The position numbers and the translations under genes are program-made. A stretch of DNA of 64,000 nucleotides from the human T2T-CHM13v2.0 reference genome, Homo sapiens. The DNA lies in the NCBI RefSeq assembly GCF_009914755.1, contig NC_060928.1; one strand, given 5' to 3'. Shown one piece after another: positions 14,788-28,215 of this stretch (position 1 is the first letter of the stretch; each line of letters opens with the position of its first letter). Below the pieces are notes generated by a model that was not told the origin of the DNA, did not search any database, and saw only the letters and a program-made list of their open reading frames with translations.

Positions 14788-15124
14788 TGTTTTAGTCCAT
14801 TTGGGCTGCTATAACAAAATATCATGAACTGGGTGGTTTATAAGCAACAGAAATTTATTTCTCACAATTTTGGAAGCTGGAATGTCTAAGATTAAGTTGC
14901 TAGTACATTCAGTGTCTATTGAGGGCCAGCTTCCTGGTTCATGTAGAGCTGTCCTCATGATGAGTCTTTACATAATAGAAGTGTAAGGGGGCTCTCTGGG
15001 GTTTCCTTTATAGGGAGGTAATCCTACTCAGGAGGGCTCATGACCTCTTGGCCTAAACACTTCCCAAAGGCCCCACCTCCAATATCATCACATTGGGGAT
15101 TAGGCTTCAAGATATGAGTTTTGG
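14788..15124 (-). mobile_element. MLT1A-like MaLR LTR
   Basis: tgttttagtccatttgggctgctataacaaaata...agaaatttatttctcac is the MLT1 antisense start. Confidence 0.8.
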
Positions 15125-15172
15125 CATTTCCCAGATGACATGTGGTGACTTTTGGTAGATCTGTATTTTCAT

Positions 15173-15636
15173 TGTGAACCCAGAATATCTGAGACAGGTT
15201 TCAGTTAATTTAGAAAGTTTATTTTGCCAAGGTTGAGGGTGCACCTGTGACACAGCCTTAGGAGGTCCTGACAACATGTGCCCAAGGTGGTCAGGGCACA
15301 GCTTGGTTTTATACATTTAGAGAGATATGAGACATCAATCAATATATGCAAGAAGTATATTTGTTTGGTCCAGAGAGGTGGGACAATTTGAAGCAAAGGC
15401 AGGAAGACTCAAAGCCAGGAGAGAGCTTCCAGGTCACAGATAGGTAAGTGATACACAAACGGTTACATTCTTTTGAATTTCTGATTAACCGTTCCAAAGG
15501 AGGCAAATTAGATATGCATCATCTCAGTGAGCAGAGAAGTGACTTTGAATGGAATGGGAGGCAGGTTTGCCCTAAGCAGTTTTCAGTTTGAGTTTTCCTT
15601 AGTGATTTCGGGGGCCCAAGATATTTACCTTTCACA
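15173..15636 (-). mobile_element. MER4A-type LTR (3' LTR of a minus-strand provirus)
   Basis: tgtgaacccag..ctgagacagg..ggaggtcctgacaacatgtgcccaaggtgg; ends ttcaca and is followed by the antisense PPT tttcctcccttttc. Confidence 0.9.
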
Positions 15637-17799
15637 TTTCCTCCCTTTTCTTTTTAAAAATCTTTTGGAGAAAGCATTTTACAAGAAAATGAGTCTCTGG
15701 TCCCAGGTTTTGTCTGATCTCTCATGGCTAGGATGGTTTATTTCTAGATGCATATGTCCCAAAATCTCATTTTTAGAAGGTTGTGAAGTCTCATGTCCTG
15801 TGAGGAGAAAATAGCAGGGAGGAAGGGAGAAACAACAACAAGAAACAAAAGAATAATCCTGGAAAATTTGATGTAGGCCTCATTACTTTGAGGTCCATAC
15901 ATCAGTAGGCAGGTATGAAAGTGGCTTATGTATGTAAATAGGTTGCTGTTATTTTCTTCTGAAGTTTAAGTTGTCTGGCTTCAGTTTGCATGGTTTCAAG
16001 AAAGCACAGCTTAGTTTTCAGTGACTCCAAATTAGGAAAAATGGAAAAAAGAAGGAAAAAAAATTGAAAACATTTATTTTGAAGATTTGCAGCCAAGAAA
16101 AATTGAATTTGGTCCAAACTGTAGAAAATAATAAAAATTGAAAAAAAAAATTAGACAAGACTAGAATCTAGTAAGAGGTCTACTGTAGTTTTGAACCATA
16201 ATTTCTCTCTCCAGTTTCCCATTTTTACTAAAGACAAATTATGGTAGGACTAGTTTGCTTTATTTTACTTAGCCTCATTATTTATATACAATGCAGCAAG
16301 AATAATTACTTTTTACATAGGCTTTTAAATTGACTTTTATGGAACTTTGTTCCATAGAAAGGATCTCAGATAAGACTTTTTTATAGCTGAGCCCAGTCAT
16401 GGATTTGTGCCATCAAATGAGTTGGGTGAATTTCCTCTCCTGTTGAGGTTCCAAGATAAACTTGGAGTTTCTGTGTCTGTCAGAAAGTGACATTCTTTAC
16501 TTATCACAGGTGAGAAACCCTGTACAGGGACTATGTACACAAATATATGAGGCCAGTTTTTCCAAAGGGCTTTTTTGCCTCCATAAGTCAAGTTTGATTC
16601 CTTAAAGGAAAGCATACAATTCTAATCAAAGCCTTGGTAAAGTAACCAATTTCTCCAACTGTGTCCTGTTCCAAGTGAAAACAGATTCTTATTGCACTGA
16701 AGCAAATAGCTGTATTGCCGTAAGTTAAGAATACTCACAAATAGTTTTCAAATTCTTGAGAAATCAGGTAGAAACAAACAAATATGCTTTGAATTGTGTT
16801 CATAGGAGTTTACTAAATTATTAAAGGCTGTCAATAGCTCAAAAGAAAAGTTTTGAGACTGAAAAACAAAACAAAAGATCGGCAAACATTTTAAGCAAAA
16901 ATTAAAAAAGATTACTTCAGTTTTCTATTGGTTCAGTTAATTCAGTTAACTCCTGTTTTGTTTGATAGTCATGAACATTTCAGCTCTCCATGAGAGTTCT
17001 GAAAGTTTTTTCCTTTATTCCAATATCACAAGTACCAAAGTTACCAGAAAACCTGCATTTAAGTGCACCTGTTAGTGTCCTATAGCTGATTATAAACCCA
17101 CCTTTCAAAGAGGGTCTAAAAAAAGACAATTATCTGTCGATAAATAAAGGTTTTAAGGCACTCATAGTTAAAAGACACAATTGACAAAGAAATTTGTTAC
17201 CTCTGTGGCACACAATAATTTTACCATAACAATTATGATTATTACTGATAATGCACACTAAGTTATATCAGAATTGCAGGAGTTTCCAATAATTTTGGAA
17301 CACATACCAGTAACATATTTAAACAAATACAGCCCAAAGAAAACCAAACACACTTTCATATTTGACAATACTTTGTGTATAACTGTTATATCAAATAAGC
17401 CAAATTATGTCATTTTTGGACTTTAGGGAACCTAATGTCTTAAAGAATTAATTAGGTTAGAAAAAGACATAATTTATAATTTGATTTTGGAAAGTTTGTC
17501 AAATATAAAAGGTTTAAAACACTTGATATTACAAAATAGGATTACAGATCATCATAAAGTCATTTATTTAACCAAAGTGATAATTCAAGCACTTTAAAAA
17601 AAAGCAAAAACCTTCATTCTTTGAGAGAGGAGACTTAATTTTCTAAATAAGAAACCCTAATAAAAGCAGCATAAAGCCAATTACATTTGTTTTTCAAAAT
17701 TTTGTAAACAATCTATAAAATTTAATCTTGATTATAAAATGTAACTTCCATAAGCCTTTTTATAACGTTTATAACTTTTATTACGAAGTTGGTTAATGT

Positions 17800-18117
<318 letters not shown>

Positions 18118-18925
18118 TTAATGCGCTTCAAGAGAAGCTTGTTAATCTGACACAGGGGTCCATATACTGGTTTTGCATCAGTATGCCTTTGACATTAACA
18201 GTTAATTTATAGAGAAACTGAACTTATTTTATCTTACAATCTTACACACCCGCCTCTTCTGTGATCATCCCTGGATCTTGAGGAGTTGAATAGCTTTAAT
18301 TTCTTGCCATGTCTCAAGGAATGCAGTTTGTTTTGATTGGCATCTTCTATGGGGCCTGAAGATAAGACTTTAATGGCTGTCTGTGTTTAAGATTTAGCAG
18401 GACTTGGTGTCCTTTTCAGATCCAGGAGTTAAAACCCTGTAACTCAGTGTTACAAGGACTTTAAAGGCACATATAGAAAAATACACAGATGTAATAACCT
18501 TAATTGTTTTTAAAAAATTTTATCTCAGTTTTTTTCTAAGCAAACTAAAACTCAATAATAATATGACAACTTGATTATATAAAAGTTTTTTTTTTAAATA
18601 TATAAATCTTCTTATCGTGACTTATACTGACTGTTCATGACATGCTTAGACTTTCTGATTTGTTCTGAACATCCCTCCTTTTTAAACAACCAGTTATTTT
18701 ATTTTAGGACTATATTTACTATACAAGATTCTTTCTTATATAAAATTATTTATCTTTAAGCTTTTTTACCTCAAAAAAATCCTCTTTATTTTTATAACTT
18801 TCTTTACATCTTTTTTTTAAATTCCTGGTGTTTTCACCTTATTTTATACATAACCTTTAAAAAAAGCTTTGAATTAGACAAAACTTGTTTACCTTTTTAA
18901 ATTTTATTTAAAAAAGGACACACTT

Positions 18926-19317
<392 letters not shown>

Positions 19318-19452
19318 TTAATATTACTTTATCTTCTAAATTATGACCAGTTTGTTTACAAGTATTTATCCCATTACATTTACCTAAATGTTTTATTTTA
19401 ATTGTTTACCTAGATTATTTATGAAAACTATGATAGTCATGATTTAAAGTTA

Positions 19453-19690
19453 TAAAACTGCCATTGCAAAATTATAACAGAAAAGATTTGACCTAACTGA
19501 CTCCATATTGCTCTTAACCTCCAAGCTGTCCTTGTTCATTGCTGGGCATAGGGTGAACTAACTTTGGGAGGAACTTAGTTTACAGTTAAGCTTTGAAACA
19601 AAGACGATAACTGTCCTTTTCCAAAACAAGCCTCCTTATTGTCTGTGGACCAGGCTGCTTAAAGCCACAGGATTAGAAGTCATGGTAATC
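19453..19690 (+). mobile_element. LTR8 5' fragment embedded antisense to MER4-int
   Basis: aaactgccattgcaaaattataac..ctccaagctgtccttgttcatt..aactaactttgggaggaacttagttt matches the LTR8 start. Confidence 0.7.
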
Positions 19691-21217
19691 TTACTAAATT
19701 CAAAATGTAGCTATTTTCATTAAACCCATATCAGTGTCTTATTCATTAAAAATTACATAAACAAAGATCATTCTGTTTTGGGCTGGGTTTATAGTTTTAT
19801 AACCCCTATGCCAAATTTTGACACCTTACAGTGTTTGGCAGGGATAAGTAGGAAATTGCTCGATTAATAAACACAAAAATGTATGCTGGGCAATTCTTAA
19901 GACATTTCTAATACTATTTTACCAATAACTTTAAAGCTATCTTATTTATTAAAGATTTAACTTAAGTTACATAAGCTTGAAAAAGGATTTTACTAGTCTT
20001 TTCTTTCTTTAGTGTCAATTTAAGTGCTTTTAGTTTTTTAGCCAATTAATTAGCACTCTTTTATATATTTTTTAGTAGTGAAACACCCTGTACACAACAC
20101 ATAAATACATATAAAAACATTTTAGGCATGCCAACGGTAGTACATTTTATAGATTTATAAAGAACTCCCCACCCTTTTTTTTTTCCTATGTTAGACTTTC
20201 AGATTCTTGATAACCTGTTTCACAACCCTAGGCAGTTATCAGCTAAATAGCCTTAAATTTGCACATTAAAGGAAACAACTCAAGAGAAAATCAAATAGCA
20301 AAATTTACATAATAAAGTACAGAGAGGAGAGGACAAAGTCTGGCAGTGCTAGAGGGAGACAATTTGATTTTTCTTTGAGCCAAATTAATCGTAAAATTAA
20401 ACTACCTCTTCCTTAAAAACCCAAGAGCAGCCACTGTTGCAATAATTATTTTAGTAAAAAAAAAAAAAAAAATCAGGTGAAAACAGAATTCAGTCAACTG
20501 AGAAGAAAAAGAAAAAAAGAGTTTTGCTTAAAAAGAAAAAGGGTCTTAGGGGGAGAAAAACAAACAAACAAAACCCGAAAACATGAAGGCCTTTCAAATA
20601 CAAACATGCACACATGCATGCACGCGCACACACACATATCTTGGATGTTAGCCTTTTAATTAAGCTGACTTTTAACCATTGAGCTCCTTAAAAAACATTT
20701 TTTTTAATCTTATTGCCATATTTCAGCTAGGACAAAATGCTGCTAAGGTAACAATGATCACACAAATTATATGATTTCTGAGCGCTCTAAGTATAAGCAG
20801 GAATTAACACCAACTGGTTGTTAAATGCTAACTTCAGCCATTTAAAAGGAATTTGCAAGACCGAATCCCAAACCAGTTTGTCACCTAGTGATGGGTCTCA
20901 AGCTGTAGACTGCTTTCTACCATCCTAGAAGCAGAAAAAATAAAAACAAAACAAAAACTCATTTTCTCTGTTCCAAACGAGCTCAAACTCCATAAAGGAG
21001 TTACCTGCCTTCCATTGTCATGGAAGCAGGAAGACTTGCCTTCCTGTTGGAAGCAAGTAAAACTCCAAAAAAAAAAAAGAGGAGTGAGGAGTTGTACAGT
21101 AAAATAAACTTTAGATCTCAACCAAATTTTGGGAGATGAGGGATTGTTTGGAGGGGGTGCTCTCAGACCTCAGTAAATTGTCCTATTGGTTTGAGTCATA
21201 AAGTTAGCTCATGCTGG

Positions 21218-21996
<779 letters not shown>

Positions 21997-22073
21997 CTGG
22001 TACCAAGCACCAACAGGAGATTTGTCAAAGGTCAGGGGCATCTCCACTCAGAATCCCCCTATGGTTACCAAAA

Positions 22074-22300
22074 TGCGAACCCAGAAAATCTAAGACAGGT
22101 TTCAGTTAACATAGAAAGCTTGCCAAGGTTGAGGACGCACCCATGACACAGCCACAGGAGGTCCTGACAACGTGTGCCCAAGGTGGTCAGGGCACAGGTT
22201 GGTTTAATACATTTAGGGAGACACGAGACATCAATTAATATATGCAAGAAGTACATTGGTTCAGTCTGGAAAGGCAGGATGACTTGAAGCAAAGGCAGGA
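22074..22300 (-). mobile_element. Truncated MER4A 5' LTR
   Basis: Colinear with 15173-15404 and adjacent to the PBS; the part matching 15405-15636 is missing. Confidence 0.9.
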
Positions 22301-23490
22301 TATATACTCAGTAATGGGATTGCTGGGTCTAATGGTAGTTCTGTTTTAAATTCTTTGAGAAATCTCCAAGCTTTTTTCTATAGTGAGAAAACCAGTTTAT
22401 ATTCCCAACAACAGTGTATAAGCATTCCCTTTTTTCTGTAGCCTCACCAACATTTATTGTTTTTTGACTTTTTAATAATAGCCATTCTGACTGGTGTGAG
22501 ATAATGTCTCATCGTGATTTTGATTTGCATTTCTCTGATGATTAGTGACATTGAGCATTTTTTTCATATGTTTGTTGGCTGCTGGTATGTCTTCTTTTGA
22601 GAAGTGTCTGGTCTTTTGCTAAATTTTTAATGAAATTATTTGTTTTATGCTTGTTGAATTGTTGTTTCTTATAGATTTTGGATATTAGACCTTTACAGAT
22701 GCATAATTTGCAAATATTTCTCCCATTCTGTAGGTTGTCTGTTTGTTGATAGTTTGCTTTCCTGTGCAGAAGCTTTTCAGTTTAATTAGGTACCCCCTTA
22801 TCAATGTTTTTGTTGCAATTGCTTTTGAGGACTCAGCCATAAATTATTTGCCAAGGCTAATGTCCAGAATGGTGTTTCCTGAGTTTTCCTCCAGGATTCC
22901 TATAGATTTAGGTCTTAGATCTAAATTGTTAATCCGATTTGAGTTAATTTTTGTATATTGTGAAAAGTAGGGGTCCAGTTTCAATCTTCTGCATATGGCT
23001 AGCCAGTTATCTCAGCACCATTTATTTCCCTCATTCCTAATTTTTGTTGAAGATCAAATGGCCATAAGTGTGTGACTTTATTTCTGAGTTTTCTATTCTG
23101 TTCCATTTGTCTAGGTGTCTGTTTTTGTACCAGTGCCATGCCATTTTGGTTACTCTAGCCTTCTAGTATAGTTTGAAATTAGGTAATGTGATGTCTCCAG
23201 CTGATCCTTTTTGCTTAGGATTTCCTTGGCCTTTCAGGCTGTTTTTGGTTTCAAATGAAATTTGGAATAGTTTTTTTCTAATCCTGTAAAAAATGATATT
23301 GGTAGTTTGATAGAAATAGCATTGAATCTACAGATTGCTTTGGGAAGTGTGGCCATTGTATTGATATTGATTCTTCCAATTCATGACCACAGAATGTTTT
23401 ATCATTTGTGTCATCTATGATTCCTTTCAGCAGTATTTTGTAGTTCTCCTTGTAGATACGTTTCACCTCCTTGGTTAGACATATTTTTAG
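22301..23490 (-). mobile_element. L1 (L1PB/L1PA-old) ORF2 3' region
   Basis: agtaatgggattgctgggtc.. and tagccattctgactggtgtgag..; minus ORF 23278-23466 YKENYKILLK resembles ORF2. Confidence 0.88.
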
Positions 23491-24769
23491 ATATATTTAA
23501 AAAATAGATGTTTGTTTCCCCTAATAAATCTAGTTGGAGTTCTAACACATGCCCTGAGACCTGTGAATGGTATTTGTCATATTAAAACCACATGATGGAT
23601 TGAGGGAGTACAAGTGTAGTTTTGTTACGGAGGTAAATTTTTTAGCTATAAACATATTGCTTCTTTTTCATTAATCTTCTATTTTAATTTGCTAAAATAA
23701 AATTACATGACTGTTGAGTAAAGAAAATAGGATGGAAGAGAGAGGGATGGTAGCTCCCCCCCAAAATAAGAGTATTATTTTCAGAATACATAATAAATTC
23801 TGAGCAGATGAAAATATTGCAGAGACTCACTATAGTCCCAGTTCTGAAATTTACTAGTGATATGAACTTGGACAGGCAGCCTGGGCTTTCTGAATTTAGG
23901 TTCTTCAACTATATAATGGGGGTTAATACCTGTTTTGCCTAACTCATTATGTCAGTAAGAGGGTTAAATAATAGAATGCAGGAGCCCTTTGTAAATAGCC
24001 CTGTAAGAGCTTGAGGAAGTAATATTATCTTTTGCTTGACTTCCCTTGGGTTTAAAACGTCCATCATCTCCACTATTTCTTCTTCATTTAAATTGATGTG
24101 ATTGAAAAAACTTCTTCTTGAATTCACTCAGGAAAGTATTAAGCCAAATAAAAGGCAGCCTGGACTTCTGTAGATTCTATTAATCACATCACCCCAACTC
24201 AGCACACCATCATTTATCATTACTCTTTGTTGATTACATGTCAGCCAGTCTTAAATCTATTTGATGGGAGCCTTACCAATACTAATTCATTCTAATTAGT
24301 GAGATTCTGTATCTCTGTGACATTTTGCTCAAGAACATTTTTGCCCCATAGTGTAACAACCAACCACATATCTTCTTTTTGTCTATTCTGCTCATTATAC
24401 TTAAAATGACTCTGAAGTTTACATATCATAATTTGCTTTGTTACAGAACTCTCTCAGGTAAAAGTCACCTTTTATTCTTTTTTAAGTATTCTGTAATTTG
24501 GTTAGAAATGAAAATGATATGAGCACATGTGGATCTCAGGAGTATTCTTTTTTACCTTTAAAGGATGGACTATCATAGCTTATTATTGTTGTACTCATGA
24601 TTACAGATCAAAACTGCTTTTTTTTTTGTAGAAAATTGTTTCTGCATACATCTTTCATTGAATCTTCAACAAACAGCTCTCATGGGGAATGTATTGTATT
24701 ACCATTCTACAGATAAGAAAAATGAGGTTCTGAGAACCAAAGTTTTTGACACAGATACTTAAAGATATT

Positions 24770-25260
24770 TTTGGCTATTTTAAGTTCTAATGAATTCCCT
24801 TGTGAATTTGAGTCAGCTGGTCAATTCTACAAAAGTCTCTGATAGAATTTTGGTTGAGATTACATTGATACTTTAGATAAGTCTGGAGATAATTGATTTC
24901 TTTACTATATTGTGTTTTCTATTCCATAAACATATATGTCTCTGTATTTATATAGGTCTTTAATTTCTCTCAGCAATACTTTGTATTTGTGTACAGGTGT
25001 TTCACTTCTTCTGTTAGGTCATCCATAAGCAATATATATATTTTTGTGCTGTTATTTTTTTTCAAAAATTTCAGTTTCTGATTGCTTGATTTTTTATGTG
25101 GAAATGCAATTTATTTTTGTGTATTAACTAGCTCATGAACTCTCTAAACATACTAATACATTCTAGTACCATTTTTATAGGATTTTCTAGGTAGAGCTGA
25201 TTTGTCTGTGAATAAGGAGTTTCATGTTTTTCTTTCTAATATGGTTGCTATTTATTTACT
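24770..25260 (-). mobile_element. Ancient L1M fragment
   Basis: gaattttggttgagattacattga..taatttctctcagcaatac.. are antisense L1 ORF2 motifs. Confidence 0.65.
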
Positions 25261-25266
25261 TATTTA

Positions 25267-25770
25267 CAGTTGACTCTTGTTATTCACAGCAATTATATGC
25301 TATAATGGCTCCGGGAACACTGACTTAAGAGTTATTGAACCATTGCTTCTAGAAGAAATACAAGGTTAGGTGCCTGTAAGCCTCTGGTCACAGCATTTTC
25401 ATCAACTGATGAATACCCAAGCTTGTTTTATGTATATTTCTGTTTAAGCAAACATTACTTAAGATGTCTTATTGATTGATTCACATTGAACTCAGAGCCA
25501 ACAGCATTATAATTTACGCCTGAAAGAATTGCATGTAGCACACCTATTTTCCCTGAAAGGCACATCACAGTCCTCTTGTTCTTAGGAATGCTAGCCAACA
25601 CTTCAGCATTATGCTTAAGGGCCATTTTAGGCAAGGGAATCACCAACAAAAAGTACAGAAGTGTGAAAAACATGGCACTATATAGACCATGACAGTTGTT
25701 CACGGTATGAGAATTGAAACAAGAAGTCGAAGTGTCACCTTGTTCCACCTTAGCTGGGAACGTGCTGGTG
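25267..25770 (-). mobile_element. Tigger-derived element (MER82-like) with transposase N-terminal relic
   Basis: Minus ORF MALKHNAEVLASIPKNKRTVMCLSGKIGVL..AVGSEFNVNQSI resembles the Tigger/CENP-B HTH-psq start; terminus ta|cagttgactc. Confidence 0.75.
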
Positions 25771-25974
25771 TTGAATTTCCTCACATATTTTGGGATTCTC
25801 AAGTGCTTTATGTCTTCATTATTCTTCTTTTTAAAGAAAAGATCTCCTCACTGCTTTAGTGCAGAGTCAGCTTCAGATCCATGGAGGTTACTTTTGTTTA
25901 GAGCTGTACCTCTGGTTGGCTTCTTTCTTTTAGAGCTGCATCTCCATTTCTGGTCCCAAGAGAATTTCTTTTCT

Positions 25975-26113
25975 CATATATATGTATCTATACACACACA
26001 TAGATATAGGTATGTGTGTATACATATATATATGTATGTGTGTATATATATTATATAATTTTTCATATATGTATGCATGAATATAGGTATGAATATATGT
26101 GTATATATATATA
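25975..26113. repeat. (TA)/(TATG) low-complexity tract
   Basis: Directly visible. Confidence 0.85.
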
Positions 26114-27058
26114 TGGCAAGCACTTCTGCATTCTAAAGTAAGGTGTGAGCATAATGAAATAGGGTTATAAAGACATGCTCAAAAATCAGTTTTGTGATAA
26201 ATAGTTCTGCATGTCCTTTTAAGGTCAAAAGAGTTCAAGTTGCTGAAGTTATTGTTGTTTGGAAAATAGAAGTATTTCTTCACACTCTAACATCAACACA
26301 TTTAAAAAGGGCACTAAGAGTCCTGATGCCAATTCCCACGGAGGAAAAATTAGTGGTATATTCCATTCACCTTAAGGCCTTGGAGAGCTTGAACTGTGTC
26401 CCTGGAGGTCAGGGGTTACAGAAAACTTTTCTGTGAGCCATCATCTTGAGACACTGTGTCCAGTTCTGAGAAGAGGTTGTCATTTTGGCAATAACCTTGA
26501 CTCCCAGAGTTACTTAAGCTGAACCATGCATTAGTACTTTCTGAGGATGAGATATGAGCCCCATGGTTGAGAGAGCTAGTCCATGAAGAATATGTATAGG
26601 GGCATGGTATCTGGTTTCCCAAATCTGATGAGGAGTCACAAGTATCCTGCCAGAGATGTCAGGGATCTGCAACAAGACATTTCAGCAACTGGAAGTGGTA
26701 TGGAAGGAATATCTCCCTGAAGCCCACAAATAATCTCTTAAAAAAAAGGAAAAGGTCAGTTCGACCTAAACCAAAGGAAACCATATTATTCTGATACTGT
26801 CATATGAGATCCTAGTATGTTTTTCTCCTGGGCCAGTCCCTCAGAAGGAACAGAACTCTCAGCTAGTGATGTAGGGATGAAGGATTTGATGGCTGAAGAG
26901 GGACTAAGAAGAGGTCAGTCATGCAACCCTTTTCCTCTTCAGGCTATCAACTTTAAGCAAGGCTGAGCTTGGGGAGAGAAGAAGCTTTGATTTTGACTGT
27001 AGTTTAGAGTTTCCATTACTATGTGAAAATGGAAATTTTACTCAGCATAAAAAGATTA

Positions 27059-27167
27059 TTTTGATGACTAAATATGGCTAGAGGAACTTTTATTACCTGA
27101 GAGTGATAAAAACTTTTGATGACTAAATATGGCTAGATGAACTTTTATTACCTGAGAGTGAAAAAAA
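27059..27167. repeat. Tandem duplication, 55-bp unit x2
   Basis: ttttgatgactaaatatggctaga(g/t)gaacttttattacctgagagtga(t/a)aaaaa at 27059 and 27114. Confidence 0.95.
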
Positions 27168-27179
27168 TGTTGCAGACTT

Positions 27180-28215
27180 ATTATTTCATTTCTCTTGAGT
27201 AAATATCAGGAGTAAAACTGTGGGAATGATACATTTTAAGAAATGATCTAATTGTTTTCCAAAGTGATCATAACAATGTTAAATTCCCTCCAGCATTATA
27301 TGAGAGTTCTCATTCTACAATCTCTCCAATACTTGGTATGATCAGTCTTTACTTTCAGTAAGTAAGTATGTGGTGGTATCTCTCTGAGGTTTTGCTCTGA
27401 ATTTCCCTAATAACTAATAGTATTTGCCAAATTTTCATATGCTTATTTGCCACCCTTAAGCCTTCTTTGATAATGTGTCTATTCAAATCTTTTCCCAATT
27501 TTTATTTTGTTTTATTATTGAGTTTTGTGATTGAAAAAATATATTCTGCAAATAAGCCATTTATCATGTATATGATTTGCAGATATTTTCTCCTAGTCTT
27601 TGTCTTGCTTTTACATGTTCTTTACGGTGTTTTTTTAAAAAGCAAACATTTTTAATTCGTTCTTCTGTAGATTGTTTTTAGTTTTATATGTAAAAAATCT
27701 TTGTCTTACCCAAAGCTATAAAATATATGTGCATATAAAATATTGTACTTGAATATTCATAGTAATTTTAGTGAAAATCTGGAAACAGCACAAATGCCCA
27801 TCAACAGGTAACTGGTTTTACAAAATTATAGTATATCCTTAAAATGAAATACTACTCAACAATAAAAAGGAATGAAATACGAATACACACTACAACATGG
27901 ATGAATCTCAAAATAATTGTGTGGAATGAAAGATATATGACAAACAAAATTACATGTTGTATGATTTCATTTATATACTGTTCTAGAAAACATAGTGAGA
28001 GAAGCAGATCAGTGATTGCTTCGGGATGGAGAATGAAAAGGGTGGGTAAGAGAAATTAAAATGGGGCATGATAAAACTTTTGGTGGAGATTTACCACCTT
28101 AATTGAAATAATGGGTTTGAAAGTACATACTTATATATTTGATGTTACAGCTTATCACATTATGTGCTTTAAGTATATGCAGTCTACTGTATGCCCATTA
28201 TTTATCAAAGCTGTT
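27180..28215. mobile_element. Ancient L1M(C/E) 3' portion with inverted 5' half (27180-27720 minus; ~27720-28215 plus)
   Basis: Minus-strand L1 motifs followed by plus-strand tggaaacagcacaaatgcccatcaacagg and MKYYSTIKRNE..TTWMNL. Confidence 0.75.

Noticed and set aside
27059-27167. CRISPR-like repeat (also 58676-58761)
   Set aside because: Only two units, no unique spacers, no cas genes, and the DNA is eukaryotic
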